Source: the human T2T-CHM13v2.0 reference genome, Homo sapiens. From it: 64,000 bases of DNA. Position 1 is the stretch's first letter, and each line of letters starts with the position of its first letter. The stretch lies in NCBI RefSeq assembly GCF_009914755.1, contig NC_060929.1. The stretch is one strand, 5' to 3'. The notes below the pieces were generated by a model. The model saw only the letters and a program-made list of their open reading frames with translations. It was not told where the DNA came from and ran no database searches. The translations under genes and the position numbers were made by a program. Positions 20,226 through 33,616 of the stretch are shown one piece after another.

Positions 20226-22535
20226 GCATGTTCCAAAATAATATACATAGTATGACTCCCATTTTATAAAAGTATATAAAAAAATTAAAAGGATATGCAT
20301 CACAATGTTAATGTGATTCTTTCTAGGATTAGTTATTTTCTATTTTCTCCTTTGTATTTTCCATAATGAACATGAATCTCTTTTATAATCATTGATGGTA
20401 AAGCTCACCTTTTTGTAATCCCAGCCCTATTTTTAAAAAATGTATGACTTGGAACCCTTGTTTTCAACTTGAGGTGGTTAGCTAGTTACAAATATTCATG
20501 AAATTTTCTGTTATTAAGTGCTGTAGATTTTAAAAGGCAACAAAGAGACATAATCATTGCTCTTCTGTGACTTATAAGTGAATGATGACACAGAAAGTAC
20601 TAGAAAGAACCAATGACCTCTGAAGAAATAAACATGTTTAAATAGCAAATATTTAGTCCTGAGCACTATATCAGATTAAATGTATTTGGTTTTACCTTTC
20701 TTTAATACATATAGCTCAATGCCTTGCACATAATATACATTCAATCAGTGTTTGTTGAATGAATAAATCAATGTGTGGGCAATTGGATGATGAAAAATGG
20801 AAGTTCTGAGGCCATTGGAACGAGGTGTATTTACTTGATCTACAAAAGCTCCATGACCAGTGAGACTGGGTTTCCAAGACTAATGTTGCTGTAGCCATTA
20901 TATAAATTCAATTGGTTGTAAAACCTCACCATTTGCACCTCCCAACCCACCTCAGCTCTTGCAGAGCTTTCTACCTCGGAAATGCAAAGATTCCTTCAAA
21001 CAGACATTACTGGAATCATCATCGTCACCATTTATTGAATGTTTCCTGTGTGCCAGACACCTTAAGAAGCACTTTATGTGCATGATTTTATTTAATCCTC
21101 ATGATAAGCCTGTGAAGAAGGCATGTTATCTCCACTGTGGACGAGAGAACTGAAACACAAACATTTAAATGATTTGTCCAGTGTCACGTAACTAGCAAGG
21201 AGTCCAGCCAAACTCTAAGCCAATTCTGGGTGACTCCAAACACTGTGGGATTAGTCACCATGCTACAAACCTCCTTCTTGGAGTCAGGACACAAATTTTC
21301 AGTGGTGATTAACATGCCAGATGGACACATTTCTTTTTTTTCCCTCTTATTTTCTTTTTCTTGGTGTTATCTTTAACTAGCTATTCTGGTGAGTGTGCAG
21401 TGCCAGATCATGGTAGTTTTTATTTGCACCTCACTACTAATAAACTTACTGACCAATTGGATATCCTCTTCCTTTGTGAAGTGCCTGTTCAAGTTGCTTG
21501 CTAATTTTTCCATGGATTTTTTTTTTTTCTTAGCGATTTAGAGGAGCTCTGAATAAATATTCTGGTAACAGTCTTGGGTTTGTGTTGAAAATATCTTCTA
21601 TTCTGTGGCTTGTCTTTTTACTCTCTTCATTTTCTCTTTTCTTTCTTTCTTTTAAAACTTTTTGGGGAAAATGTCAATTACATATTCAGAGGCATAAAAG
21701 GGGGTGGGGGAATGTCAATTACACATTTAGAGACAGAAAACAAAGTATCACTATCCCCCTTCACCATGATTTGGCTTCAACAGCTGTCACTCACAAACAA
21801 TCTTATTTCATCTAATCCCCACCTACTTCTATTTCTCTCTTCACCTAATAGATTATTTCGAAGTAAATCTTGAGCATCATAATATTTCATCCATAAAGAT
21901 CTCAGTATGTGCCCCTAATAAATAAGGACTCCTTTAAAAAATACACAACCACAATTTCATTATCACGCCTAAAAGAGCTTAGTAATCAAGGATTCCTTAA
22001 TTCATAAAATATTCAACAAGTGCTTACATTTCTCCAACTGTCTCAAATTGTATTCTTTTACATTTTGCTAGTTTGAAACAGAATCCAAATAAGCCCCATA
22101 CTCTGTAATTGGTTGATGGAGCTCTTCATACTCTTTTAATCTACAGATTTCCTCCCTCTATTTCTTTTTTCCACCTTGCCATTTAGTAAACCAGCTCATT
22201 TGTTTAAATTTCCAATAGTCTGGATTTTGATTATTGTGTCACCATGTGTCATTTAACCTATTCCTCTGTTTCTGTATATTCTACAAATTGTTAGATCCAG
22301 AGGGTTGATCAGATTCAGGTTCAATTTTTTTGGTACGAATACTTCCTCGGTGGTATTTCACACTTCTATCTGGAAGCATGTAACTATGCCTGGTTGCTTC
22401 TGTGACATTAGCAGACACTGATGACCACTGCCCCTTATTTCATTAGGAGCAGACACCCAATTACGAACCACACATTTTGATTAATCGCTGATATTATATG
22501 ACTTCGTTGGATCCTACTGTTTTACTTAAAAATTT

Positions 22536-22649
22536 GGTCTGGAGGCTGAATCAGGGGAGAATTGCTAGAGCCTAGGAGTTAGAGGCGAGCCTGGGGGAAC
22601 ATAAGACATTTTCTCTAAAAAATAAATTCATAAATTAAAAAATAAAAAA
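22536..22649 (+). mobile_element. FLAM / Alu left-monomer fragment
   Basis: ggaggctga...gagcctaggagttagaggcgagcctggg...tctctaaaaaa followed by an A-rich tail. Confidence 0.6.
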
Positions 22650-22653
22650 TTTG

Positions 22654-23293
<640 letters not shown>

Positions 23294-26200
23294 TTAACAA
23301 ATGGAATGGAAATAGAGAGGTTTCTATTTCAGTTAATTTTTGTGATCTGACCTGAACATCTGGGCCAGTAAACAGCATAAGGGATGTGTCATGGCTCTCT
23401 AAGGGTCACATCTAGCATGGGGCTTAACACTGGTGAGCAGGAACAATATGGCCTTTAGGTGTTCAAGGAAATGCGAACAGTGTTGGTATAGATTTTGTAA
23501 AAATGTTCTAAATCCAAAATGTGTTAACTCCTGCTAAAGGAACGACTTTGCCCAAGTACCATTTTGGAATAAATCATGGGCGTAAAGGGGTCTTTCCAAG
23601 TTCCCAGTCCTCAATGACAGAAAATCAAAGCAGCCTCTTGAAACCCAGTTAAAACTCACTGCTACCTTCCTAGGTCAAACAGTAACAACAAAAAAACCCA
23701 GCAGGTTATATGCTTACAGGTTACTGCCTCTGTCTGGGCATGTGAATCGTGGCAGACATGCAGCCGCTTTAACTGTTAGGTGGAATAAAACACAAGAGAC
23801 TGCTGCTGAATAAGAATTTTCCTCTTGGAGATTAAACATTCAACATTTCAAATATAAGTCATTTGTTTGATCAACAGGCAGGATGAGACAAGGCTGTTCT
23901 AGAGGAGGCAAAGCCCTTTGAATACAGAGAGGATGAAAAGAACAGTAGGTAATTGACAAGAGTTTGATTTTGCACTTTGGAAGCACCTTTGTGTGCTAGA
24001 CACATGCTTCATTGTTGTAGCAGCAAAATAGCAGAATAAAAGGTGCTAGCTTTACAAGGTTCTATTTACAAAGATGCTTAAGAAAAGGCAAAAACTTCAC
24101 TATGGTTAGATTTTTAGTTTTATTAATGGTCGCAGAAGCTAAACAGCACTCAAAAACAATTCTAAATTAGGAGGGCTAAAAAACAGAAATTAGGACCAAG
24201 AACAAATTTTTTAAAATCTAGAGACTGAAATTGCAATTTTAATATAATAAAATCCCTCACCCCCTCTAATTCTCTACGGTCATAAAAATAATCCAATTTA
24301 ACAAGTGTTACAGGAATTAAAGTACTACAAAGACAGAGACTAAGTATGTCATATTTACAGCTATATCAATCCCTGGTACATAGTAGGTGTTCAACAAAAA
24401 GTGTTGCATTAATGAATAAAGTCCTAAAAGTATTAAAACCGAAAGTTCCAATTGTGAAATAAAACTGTACAATGCTAAGTTGAATCTCGACTAGCTGTCA
24501 TCTCAAAAACCCTGTCAAAGCTGCTTAATAAAAGTGTTGGGTTGATACACTGCATGTCTAGAAAGTTGTAAAACAACTGGAGAAGGTCCAGAGACAAACC
24601 TGACTTGCTCCAGATTACAGAGAATGACAGCTAGACTTACTGTTTGCATTCTTGTCTCTGCCTTTTGGTGAGCCGTTTCCATTCTAACAAAATCTTCTCA
24701 TTTTTAATATTTATATGTCTAATGATTTAATATCATACCACATCACTCTGGCCTTCAAGGTGCCCTGGACACACATTTTTCTGATTTACCTTTACACAGA
24801 TTATACGCAAACTGGCCAGAAATCATTCATTTCAACATGAACCTCTCAGGTAAGAATTGTGGTCTTACTTCTCTCTCCAGAAACAGCTTTCTTCACAGAC
24901 TCTGTTTAAAACCAGCTCCCTCCACCACCATCTTCTGTAAGCTTGTCCAGACATGGGGTACATCATTAGGCCAGGTCTTCCAGTCATTCCCTTGCTTGCA
25001 AAGCAATCATTTATAGGCGTTTGGTGCTTTGTCTGACATCTGTTTGATGCTGGAACTCTAGCCTTTGTCTCAATGAATCACTTGTCGGTGAAAGTCCATT
25101 GTAGGCTGGATTTCACACTTTCAGGAGGGGTTTGCCTGTGATGGAAGTGATCTTAGGCTTTTTGAAATAACCAGCTCCCTCCGCCTCCCTATATTCCATG
25201 AAGAAACAGGAAAATGAGAGAGTCTGGGGAACCTGGTGCTTATTCAAGCCTCATTTTGATTTGTTCCCTTGGGCCTGAGCCAGGTTAGCATCTCTGGGGA
25301 CTACATTGCCAACTCACCTCCATGGTTGAAATGTTGCTGCTAGAAGAAAACTAGGCTGAAACATTTATGTAGGATTCTTTGAGATCATCAGATAAAAGGA
25401 AGAGATTTTTGAAAAAGAAGGAAGGAAAAAGGGAATTCACCATTATCTAGTAGTTAGCAGAAGATCGTTTTTTAAAAGTGTGGTGGAATGGCTGTACCCA
25501 CGTTGGTCTATGTCTAGCTGGAGCAGTGGGGATAAGGAGTTGGACTGGATTATAAACCTGGCTGAGCCTAGCAAGGCATTACATCTAGAAACCACTTTCT
25601 TTATTCTCCCAACAGGGTACAAGTGACTTACAAGGCATATATGGTAAGTGAAGTTTCTTTGAAAGCCACCAGGCCCACACTATTCCCTTGTAGAAAGTGA
25701 TTATTCATCTAGAATGCCCTATGGAAATTCCTGTGTGCAGTCAGGACTTGAGAAGTACAGCAAGAAAGGGAAGGGGCAGGCTAAGCCTAAGAACCCTGTA
25801 GTTGGCCTTTCTAAACCAGGAGCCAGTGAATACAATATGCTTTGCAGAGCAGAGATGGCATGTGAGATGAGATTATAGAGAAAAATCTGATAGAGAAATC
25901 ATGGGCTTTGAATTTCTCTTTGTTTCATAAGGAAAGGAAGATGCTAGACAGGGCGTATTGGAGAGATTCTTCTTTGTGACTTTTAACTTCTTTGCTTGGT
26001 TTCACAGTAAGTCACATTATGGAGAAGTTGTTACAAACAGATGAAACCCCAGGAAGGGAAGTCAGAATTTCCAGATCTGATGAGACAGTGGGTGGAAGAA
26101 AAGTTTGTCATTTAAAGCTTTAATTCAAAGAGAATAGGAAAGGGGAGGAGAAACTGACATCCCATCTGAGGCTTCTAAGGGATCCTTTTCATGTTCCTAA

Positions 26201-27459
26201 ATTAGTACAAGGGGGTGTGGGGTAGGGTGCCAAACCTTGGGCTCATCAGTCACTTCATGCATCTGAGTTGAAAAACATTTAACCCTGAGATGCACATAAT
26301 TTAAACATGCTGATTCACTGGTGACCAAATGCTGTGAGCCCTTGGGAGCCAGGAATTCCCAACATGATGTGGTAATGCATTTTACAGCATGAACTTCAGA
26401 TCTCCAGGACCCAGGCTGGGGAACAAGACAGGGACTCTACATTCTAAAGTTTCTGCATAACAAACACAGACCCTCCCTTCCAAATGCATTGAAAATGAGG
26501 GATCCCAAAGGGCAACTCCCACTTCCAGCCCCACCACCCCACATACCTTTTCATTTCTGTTTGCGCCATTAGGTCAGGAGGTTAATGAAAATGCACTCTA
26601 AAGTTATAAAGAGGATGAAGCCAGGCACGAATATTAGATTTCCATTCAAGTCTGAATATGCAATATGGACATGAAGAAAACCCCATTTGCTTCAAAATCT
26701 TACAGTTCTGTTCACATTTACTTGGATAGGACTGAGATGCTTAGGAAGTTGATAACTGCTAATTGCCTACACTAGAAATAAACCTAGGAATGAAGGTTAG
26801 ATTCCCAGCTTAGAAGTGAAACGTTGCAAGCTCTCTGTGTAGTCAAATACTAAGTGATGATAACGTTGCATTTGGGACCAAGCAAAAGCTGGGATTTAAA
26901 TTTTTCATCTTCAATTACGTATTTTTTTTCTTTTTCTCTCTTCTTCTATCTATCTACCACTTGATTTTTCTTTCTTACTCTTTTTTTAGACCTGCATCCT
27001 TAAGGATGGATCTGTAAATGCACAGTATTTCCTCGAGTCACTTAAAAATATTACTTAACAGCATCAATCACCATTGAATGAAATAACTCATTGCACCAAA
27101 CTTTGCCACTCAAGTTAATTTCACAGCACATATTATAAAATAATCCTTTGATTGAAGGATGATGCTTTATAATAATATCTTGAGTCTGTTCACACACTCC
27201 GAAGGAACAGCTTCAATAAGAGTAAATTGCTGCTGAAGACAAACCAACTGGAAAAGATACTTGCTTTTTTTTTTTTTTTTTTCTTTTAAGGTTTTCACAA
27301 TGGCTTCAAAGGAAATGCGAATTAATCATTTGTTTTGACCCAAGAGCAGCAGAACTTATTTTGGAGACAAACAGGCGACACAAACGTAAACAGAAATCTG
27401 GGACTCCCAAATGCTAAAGTTGAAAGGAGTTAGTCTGAAAACATCAGTTCTACTCAGCG

Positions 27460-27465
27460 TTTATT
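27460..27465 (-). terminator. ARL15: Distal polyadenylation signal AATAAA
   Basis: TTTATT on the plus strand, followed downstream in the mRNA sense by GU/U-rich sequence (GAUGUUUUC). Confidence 0.7.
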
Positions 27466-28298
27466 TTTCATTTGAAGATAGTGGAAATCGTAGAAATCAT
27501 GGACAATACAAGTTGGTCTTGCCTGGTAAATGTCCACATGAATCTGTTAGCCTCTAAGTACAGGTACAGTATTTTTTTAATAGAAAGACAGGGCAATATG
27601 GCAGTTAATTAGCAACCAATACTGTCAACTACAGTGGATACAAAGTTTTATCATATAAATTAATTGCCATTACAAAAAGGCAACTGCTTTAGCTAAGAAG
27701 GTACAAAAACTGGAAACGTCCATAAATATTACAAGAAGCTAGGTGAAGAAATACATAACAGACTGTTTTTCCTATATAATATTTGAATATGCAAACCAAG
27801 ACACCTGTGGCACTTTACATGAAAGTAGGAAAAGGGACTTACACTCCCACCCCCAGCCATCCCACCCACCCCACCACCCACCCACCCATCCCCACCCGTT
27901 CAGGCCCCACCCCGCCCCCACGTGGATTTCCAAAACATGGCAAATTCTAGGGTTACAAGGACAGGATGCCGCGCGGAAGCAGCAAGACAGCGAGCTCCGA
28001 CCTGCTAGACAAAGAGGGAGCCTTATTGACAGTTGTAAAGCATTAGGCGTCAGACAGAAACTTGTCAAAAACAGCTGTTGTTGGGTACTGATTGATAATG
28101 TTTTCATTCTGACGGCTGAGACGCTGCAGACAGTCGTGGGTTTGAGGAGAGGCCCATCACTGGCGCACACATGAACACACACACGCAGACCACGGGAAGT
28201 CATTTAACAGATGGCTTAGGAGCACTCAGCCACGGTGTCTTAAAAAGACAACATTCTACATTTAATGAACTTGCAGGGAAAGCAAGGCCTAATAATCA

Positions 28299-28304
28299 TT
28301 TATT
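28299..28304 (-). terminator. ARL15: Proximal polyadenylation signal AATAAA
   Basis: TTTATT on the plus strand, with downstream U-rich sequence in the mRNA sense. Confidence 0.65.
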
Positions 28305-30063
28305 TTTCATAGAAGATGAGCACAACAGGACAAAATAAAAACAGGAATTGTGTAACTGGTCATCGGAATAAAAGTTTTGTGCTGCTCAGGGATTACACAG
28401 TGTTAAAAATATTCAAGAATGCTGCAGACAAAATTGTATACGAATCACTATGTATCCTTCCTGATTCATGACATTAAAAAAAAAAAGCTTAAAGAAGTGT
28501 TTGATGTTTCAAAGGTAATGATTTCATTACAATCTACTCATAAGATTAAACCACAAAAACTATATTTAAATGGCATTAAGGGTCTGAAGTCTATCTTCTG
28601 GAGAATTACCAGGTATTACATCATTCTGTAATATAGTGTGAGTCTGTGGTATTTGGGTATCAGTCCATTTTACTTAAAATTACAAACATGTTTTTACACT
28701 CATGTGCAGGGAGCAGTTTTTTTTATCATTTGGCCACTTAGTATTTTAAGTGGTCAAAGTCTACAAAGTATGCCAAAGAATATTTCATCTGTGAACCTCA
28801 ATATGCATAGATTTTTTTCCTGATTTAGAAAAGATCAAAGGTGCTAAACCTTAGTAAAACTGTACATTTATCCCTATGCAATTTTGTCATTTAAATTAAA
28901 TGGAAAAAAAACTAGTTCCAAAGACTGAATATGAGTCCCAATATTATTTATTTGCTGCAGCCCCAGCACAATTTTAAGGGCACATTGAAACCCCTGAAAA
29001 TAGAGGTTTATAATAGAAATACTGATAAACCTTTAACTACTAGAGGAAGGCATTAACAGATTCCAATAAACTACAGTAACACGTAATGAATGAATATATA
29101 GATGATTCTGTCTTTGTTATCTTTGTCAAATCCATGCCATCTTAAACCCTAACCAGTATAAATTATACTTTTTCTGGCTGTTTTTAAAATTTTTATCTAT
29201 TATTTTAAAAATTATTTTCTCTATTTTAATCAAACACTTGAAGTTTTTAGAAAAAGATACCTATGTTACATTGCAGCTTCACTTTATGCAGGCTCATCAT
29301 TCCATTAAACAATATTTGAAGACTCGAATCAATCAAATACAGTCTGTGATGCATGCATTGTACCTAAATTTCCTCTAACCACTCTCAGAAACTGAAACAA
29401 TGTCTTTGCTCTTAAAAGAGAAGAGACTTCAGATGTAATCAAGAAAACATTGTGTAACTTGCCTCTAAGCTCTTCAGAGCCAATTTTACTATGGCAGGAT
29501 ATTCCTTCCTGATAAGGTGATTAATGAAGTTTTTGGTGCTCACTTTTCTCTCATAGTCTATAAGCTCAGTATACCAAAAAAAAAAAAAAATTAGATAAAA
29601 TAAAACAAAACCCCCAATAGGTCTTGAAAATAATATAAATATTTTGTGGAGTCCCAGTCACATAATACTCCACTCCCAAACCCAGAGAAAATGATCAAGG
29701 TCTTGTGAGTCTTTCTGAGTCCTTCAAAAGGGATTTGATTTCCATAAGCCATGAATTCCATCCGTTTCAGCACAGAGTATAGAAGAGATGCTTAGAACAA
29801 CAGAAGGAAGAGACATGCGGGGAAGATAATTAGTGGTAAACAGAGAATAAATTCTCTCTCAGTAGTGTGTACTTGACGTTAATGCCGATGATAATTCATC
29901 TGATCTACAGAATATTCACTTTAATAGAGAGATGAGAGTCTGAAATGACCAGAGGAAAATAGATACTGAAGCCAATATAGTCTTGATACCAAAATAAAAT
30001 TAAAATGAGAAACTAACATGATAGGTTCAAGGCCTTTTGGGAGCCTGTTTTCTTTGCCAGATT

Positions 30064-30216
30064 TCACATTCTTACAGCTTCATGGTCTTTTTCTTCTAAC
30101 AAATTAATCAGCTGAGAGAAGCTGTCTTTCAGTGCATCCATGTCATCCAGTGAGCAGGGCTGTAGAATCCAGCGTTTTCCACGTGCAAGTGGTTCAAGTT
30201 CAAAATATTTTTTGAT
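30064..30216 (-). CDS. ARL15: Last coding exon of ADP-ribosylation factor-like GTPase 15 (50 aa + stop, phase 0)
   Basis: Polypyrimidine tract plus taag acceptor (AG at 30217-30218), then IKKYFELEPLARGKRWILQPCSLDDMDALKDSFSQLINLLEEKDHEAVRM-TGA. I recognise this as the ARL15 C-terminus, with an Arf-type W-x-L-Q-P-C-S G5 region. It is absent from the ORF track because it is under 60 aa. Confidence 0.96.
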   Translation of the reverse strand: MKKYFELEPLARGKRWILQPCSLDDMDALKDSFSQLINLLEEKDHEAVRM

Positions 30217-31737
30217 CTTAAGAGGAAAAAATAAAGATAAATAGGTTATTAATTATATCAGAAACTTTCTCATATCAAAATTCTGAGGGATAAAGTAGGG
30301 GAATTTCGAGGCGGAATTTATACGAACTGTGATGCCTACAACTTTGCAATGTGGATGCCTGTCCGCAGCTGTTGTTATAATGTGGGTTATATATTGTGAC
30401 CTGGGAGTGTTTTCTTTAGAGGTGAATGATCTGCGTGCAAGCCACCATTCCACCCATACATTTAGCAGCGTGGGAGGTCTGATGAAGTCAGAGAAAAAAT
30501 TATTTGCACTATGGCACCAGTCAAGATACATTGCAGACACCAAAAGATTCGATTTCATCAAAATAATTAGCAGAGTAGCTTTCACTATCTCACCTTGCCA
30601 ACTTATTAAATGGGTGACGACTTACAGTAGGTACTATATTGATTACTCAAGACTCAATTATTTTGACCATCAAGCACATAACACAACAAAAATCTAATTT
30701 AAATAATCTTCTTCTCTTTCTCTCTCAAATTTCTAGTATCTGCTTCTGAGACATGAGAGCGTGTTTTCTAGGAAAGAGGATAGAAACTGCATGTATGTAT
30801 GTTTGTATGCATATACACACTTACATAAATTTACATATATGCGTAAAATCTTCTACCTTTTTTTTTCTTTTTCAGTCCTGAATTTTCTAGGATGGAAAAA
30901 GCAAGAACTTATAATAGGTATGTGCTGAAAAACCTGTTCAATTAATAACCAGTCACAAGTCACTCTTACTATATTGGCCAGCATACTGACTAACGGCATT
31001 TAGTATTACCAATTCCTGGCTGTGAATAAATAGCAAATTATTATGGCTTCTAGAAGTATTGATGATCTTCTCTCAAAAGGTATCATAAAACACAAAGTTC
31101 AGGAAGCTCCCGACTCATACACACTGTATCATACAAAAGTAGAACATTATATTTATTGCCCAACAAAGTTTTACATAACATCAAATACAGTTAGTAGCAA
31201 CATCAAAAGAGACATTGCTCAAAGATGTTCTTGGTTAACAAATTTCGTTAAATCTCATGTGTCATGAAAAATTACAGTCTTACCTTAGTCAATACTTGAC
31301 CTAGAAAAAAAAGTATCTCCACTTTAAATGCCATGCTCAAATACGGTTTTATTTTGCCAGTACCAGTGCAGACTACTGTTTGTTGACAGTAGAGATATGC
31401 TATCCAAATTGGTATTAATATGTTTGTACATTTTTTCATATAAGCCAGAAGACATATATATCTATATATAAGAAATACTAAGCTATTATGCTAATTTAGG
31501 AACCAGAAATATACTAACATTTTATAGTCCAAGTATGTCCAAAAAGTCTCCTTATCAATGTCTGAAAGTTCATAATAAACACTAATTTAAAAAAAAAACC
31601 TGTGAGAATTACAAGATCCTCATTAATTCTGATTCTGAAGAGTAATGAACACCTCACTTGCAGATCAGAAAATGGATATACAACTTCAGAACAATTTTTT
31701 GCCCAAGGTGTTTTATAAATCATGTTAAGAGGATTCT

Positions 31738-32085
31738 TTGTTGTTGTTGTTTTTCTTTTTTTGTTTTATTTATTTATTTTTTTATTTTTATTTTTTTAGA
31801 TTAGATAGGGTCTCAATCTGTCACCCAGGCTGGAGTGCAATGGTAGGAACACAGCTCACTGCAGCCTTGACGTCCCAGGCTTGGGCGATCCTCCCACCTT
31901 AGCCTCCTCAGTAGCTGGGACCATAGGTGCACGCCACAACAACTGGCTAATTTTTAAAAAATCTTCTGTAGAGGTGGGGTCTAACCATGTTGCCTAGGGT
32001 GGTCTTGAACTCCTAAGCTCAGGGGCTTCTGCCACCTCAGCCTCCAAAAGTGTTGGGATTACAGGTGTGAGCTACCATGCCCAGC
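31738..32085 (-). mobile_element. AluJ
   Basis: TSD taagaggattctt. Confidence 0.95.
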
Positions 32086-33254
32086 TTTAAGAGGATTCTT
32101 GCTTACTGAAAACACAAACTCCATTCTTTTAGCTTGTTTTCTTTATGGCACTGAAAACTATTGACATCCAAGACAATCTGAAATTCCTGGTGCAAAGACC
32201 AGTATCAGGGACCAACCCAACTCCGCAGAGGGAAGAACTGCCAGTTAGCTGAGTAGGGGACCATTGGCCAATAGGGGAAAAAAGAGTAGGGAGGAGGGAC
32301 TGGTAGGGAATCCTGGCTAAGTCCACCCTTAGAAGGAGGTGGGGGCTGCTCCAAAGAGCTGAAAATCAGAGATGTTGGTCTTGTTGCTTCTGCCACAAAG
32401 TAAGGCTTCAGGTTGTATCACTGAGCTCAGAAATTGGGACCACTGTGCTTACAATGCAATCTAGTATTTGATCAATAATGCTTCCCATCAGATGAAGTAT
32501 GCAACATCCAAAATCTAGTACATAAAGGAAGTTGTGTCCCTGATACATATTATAAACCCAAATCCAAAAGGACAGCATTTTAAGTATTGCTAATGACTGA
32601 GAAGAGGGCTGGTCACAAGAAATTCAATATTAAAATAATAAATAATAATAATAATAGGAAGGCATCTCATTAACAATACTTCCTCTGGGTGGTTAATTTA
32701 AAAATAATACGGAATTGATCCCGGTAGCATATTTACAGCTAATTTGAAAACAATATTGGATTAAAATAATCACAAAGTATATCAGTAATATGTGATATTT
32801 TACAATACCTACCAGACATAAAACAGTGAAGTTCAGCTACCTGTTAAAGGTTGGTTTCTAGGCAACTGAAAATATAGTCTATCACACAGGCATACATGGA
32901 AGATAATACAGGTGTCTGCAGGTAGACATGATTCAGAAGTTGTTCCTGCTGAATACTAAACATGAGAAAGAAGTGGAGGTTACAGGGACAGAGTGGTCAG
33001 CAGATAAAGGGGCCTAGTGGTGTTAAGCTGACAAATATGGCTGGGTAATTCAAGATTTTCAGATCCATCACCTAAGTGGGTATCTAACACTGCCAATATT
33101 CACTCCACTGGTATCCACAGGATTCCACACAACTCTACATTTATGGTATCAATTTTTAAACGAGTTTTGCCATTTCACTAGTATTCAAGTACAGTGAGTG
33201 ACTGCTGCTGGAACATTTATTAGCTTTTCATTACTTGGAATTTCATGTTTCTAA

Positions 33255-33616
<362 letters not shown>

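Larger units (their letters stand above)
27445..30063 (-). other. ARL15: ARL15 3' UTR (distal end approximate)
   Basis: Alu-free, AU-rich sequence downstream of the stop codon, ending shortly past AATAAA at 27460-27465. Confidence 0.75.

Noticed and set aside
27743-28203. Overlapping 143-aa ORFs on both strands (His/Pro-rich and Gly/Trp-rich)
   Set aside because: A by-product of the low-complexity C/G tract in the ARL15 3' UTR.
30253-30697. 110- and 122-aa ORFs next to the last ARL15 exon
   Set aside because: Intronic, with non-ATG starts in the track and no recognisable homology.
32262-32300. ccattggccaat divergent CCAAT boxes plus a G-rich box as an internal promoter
   Set aside because: No CpG island or other support, and such short motifs occur often by chance.
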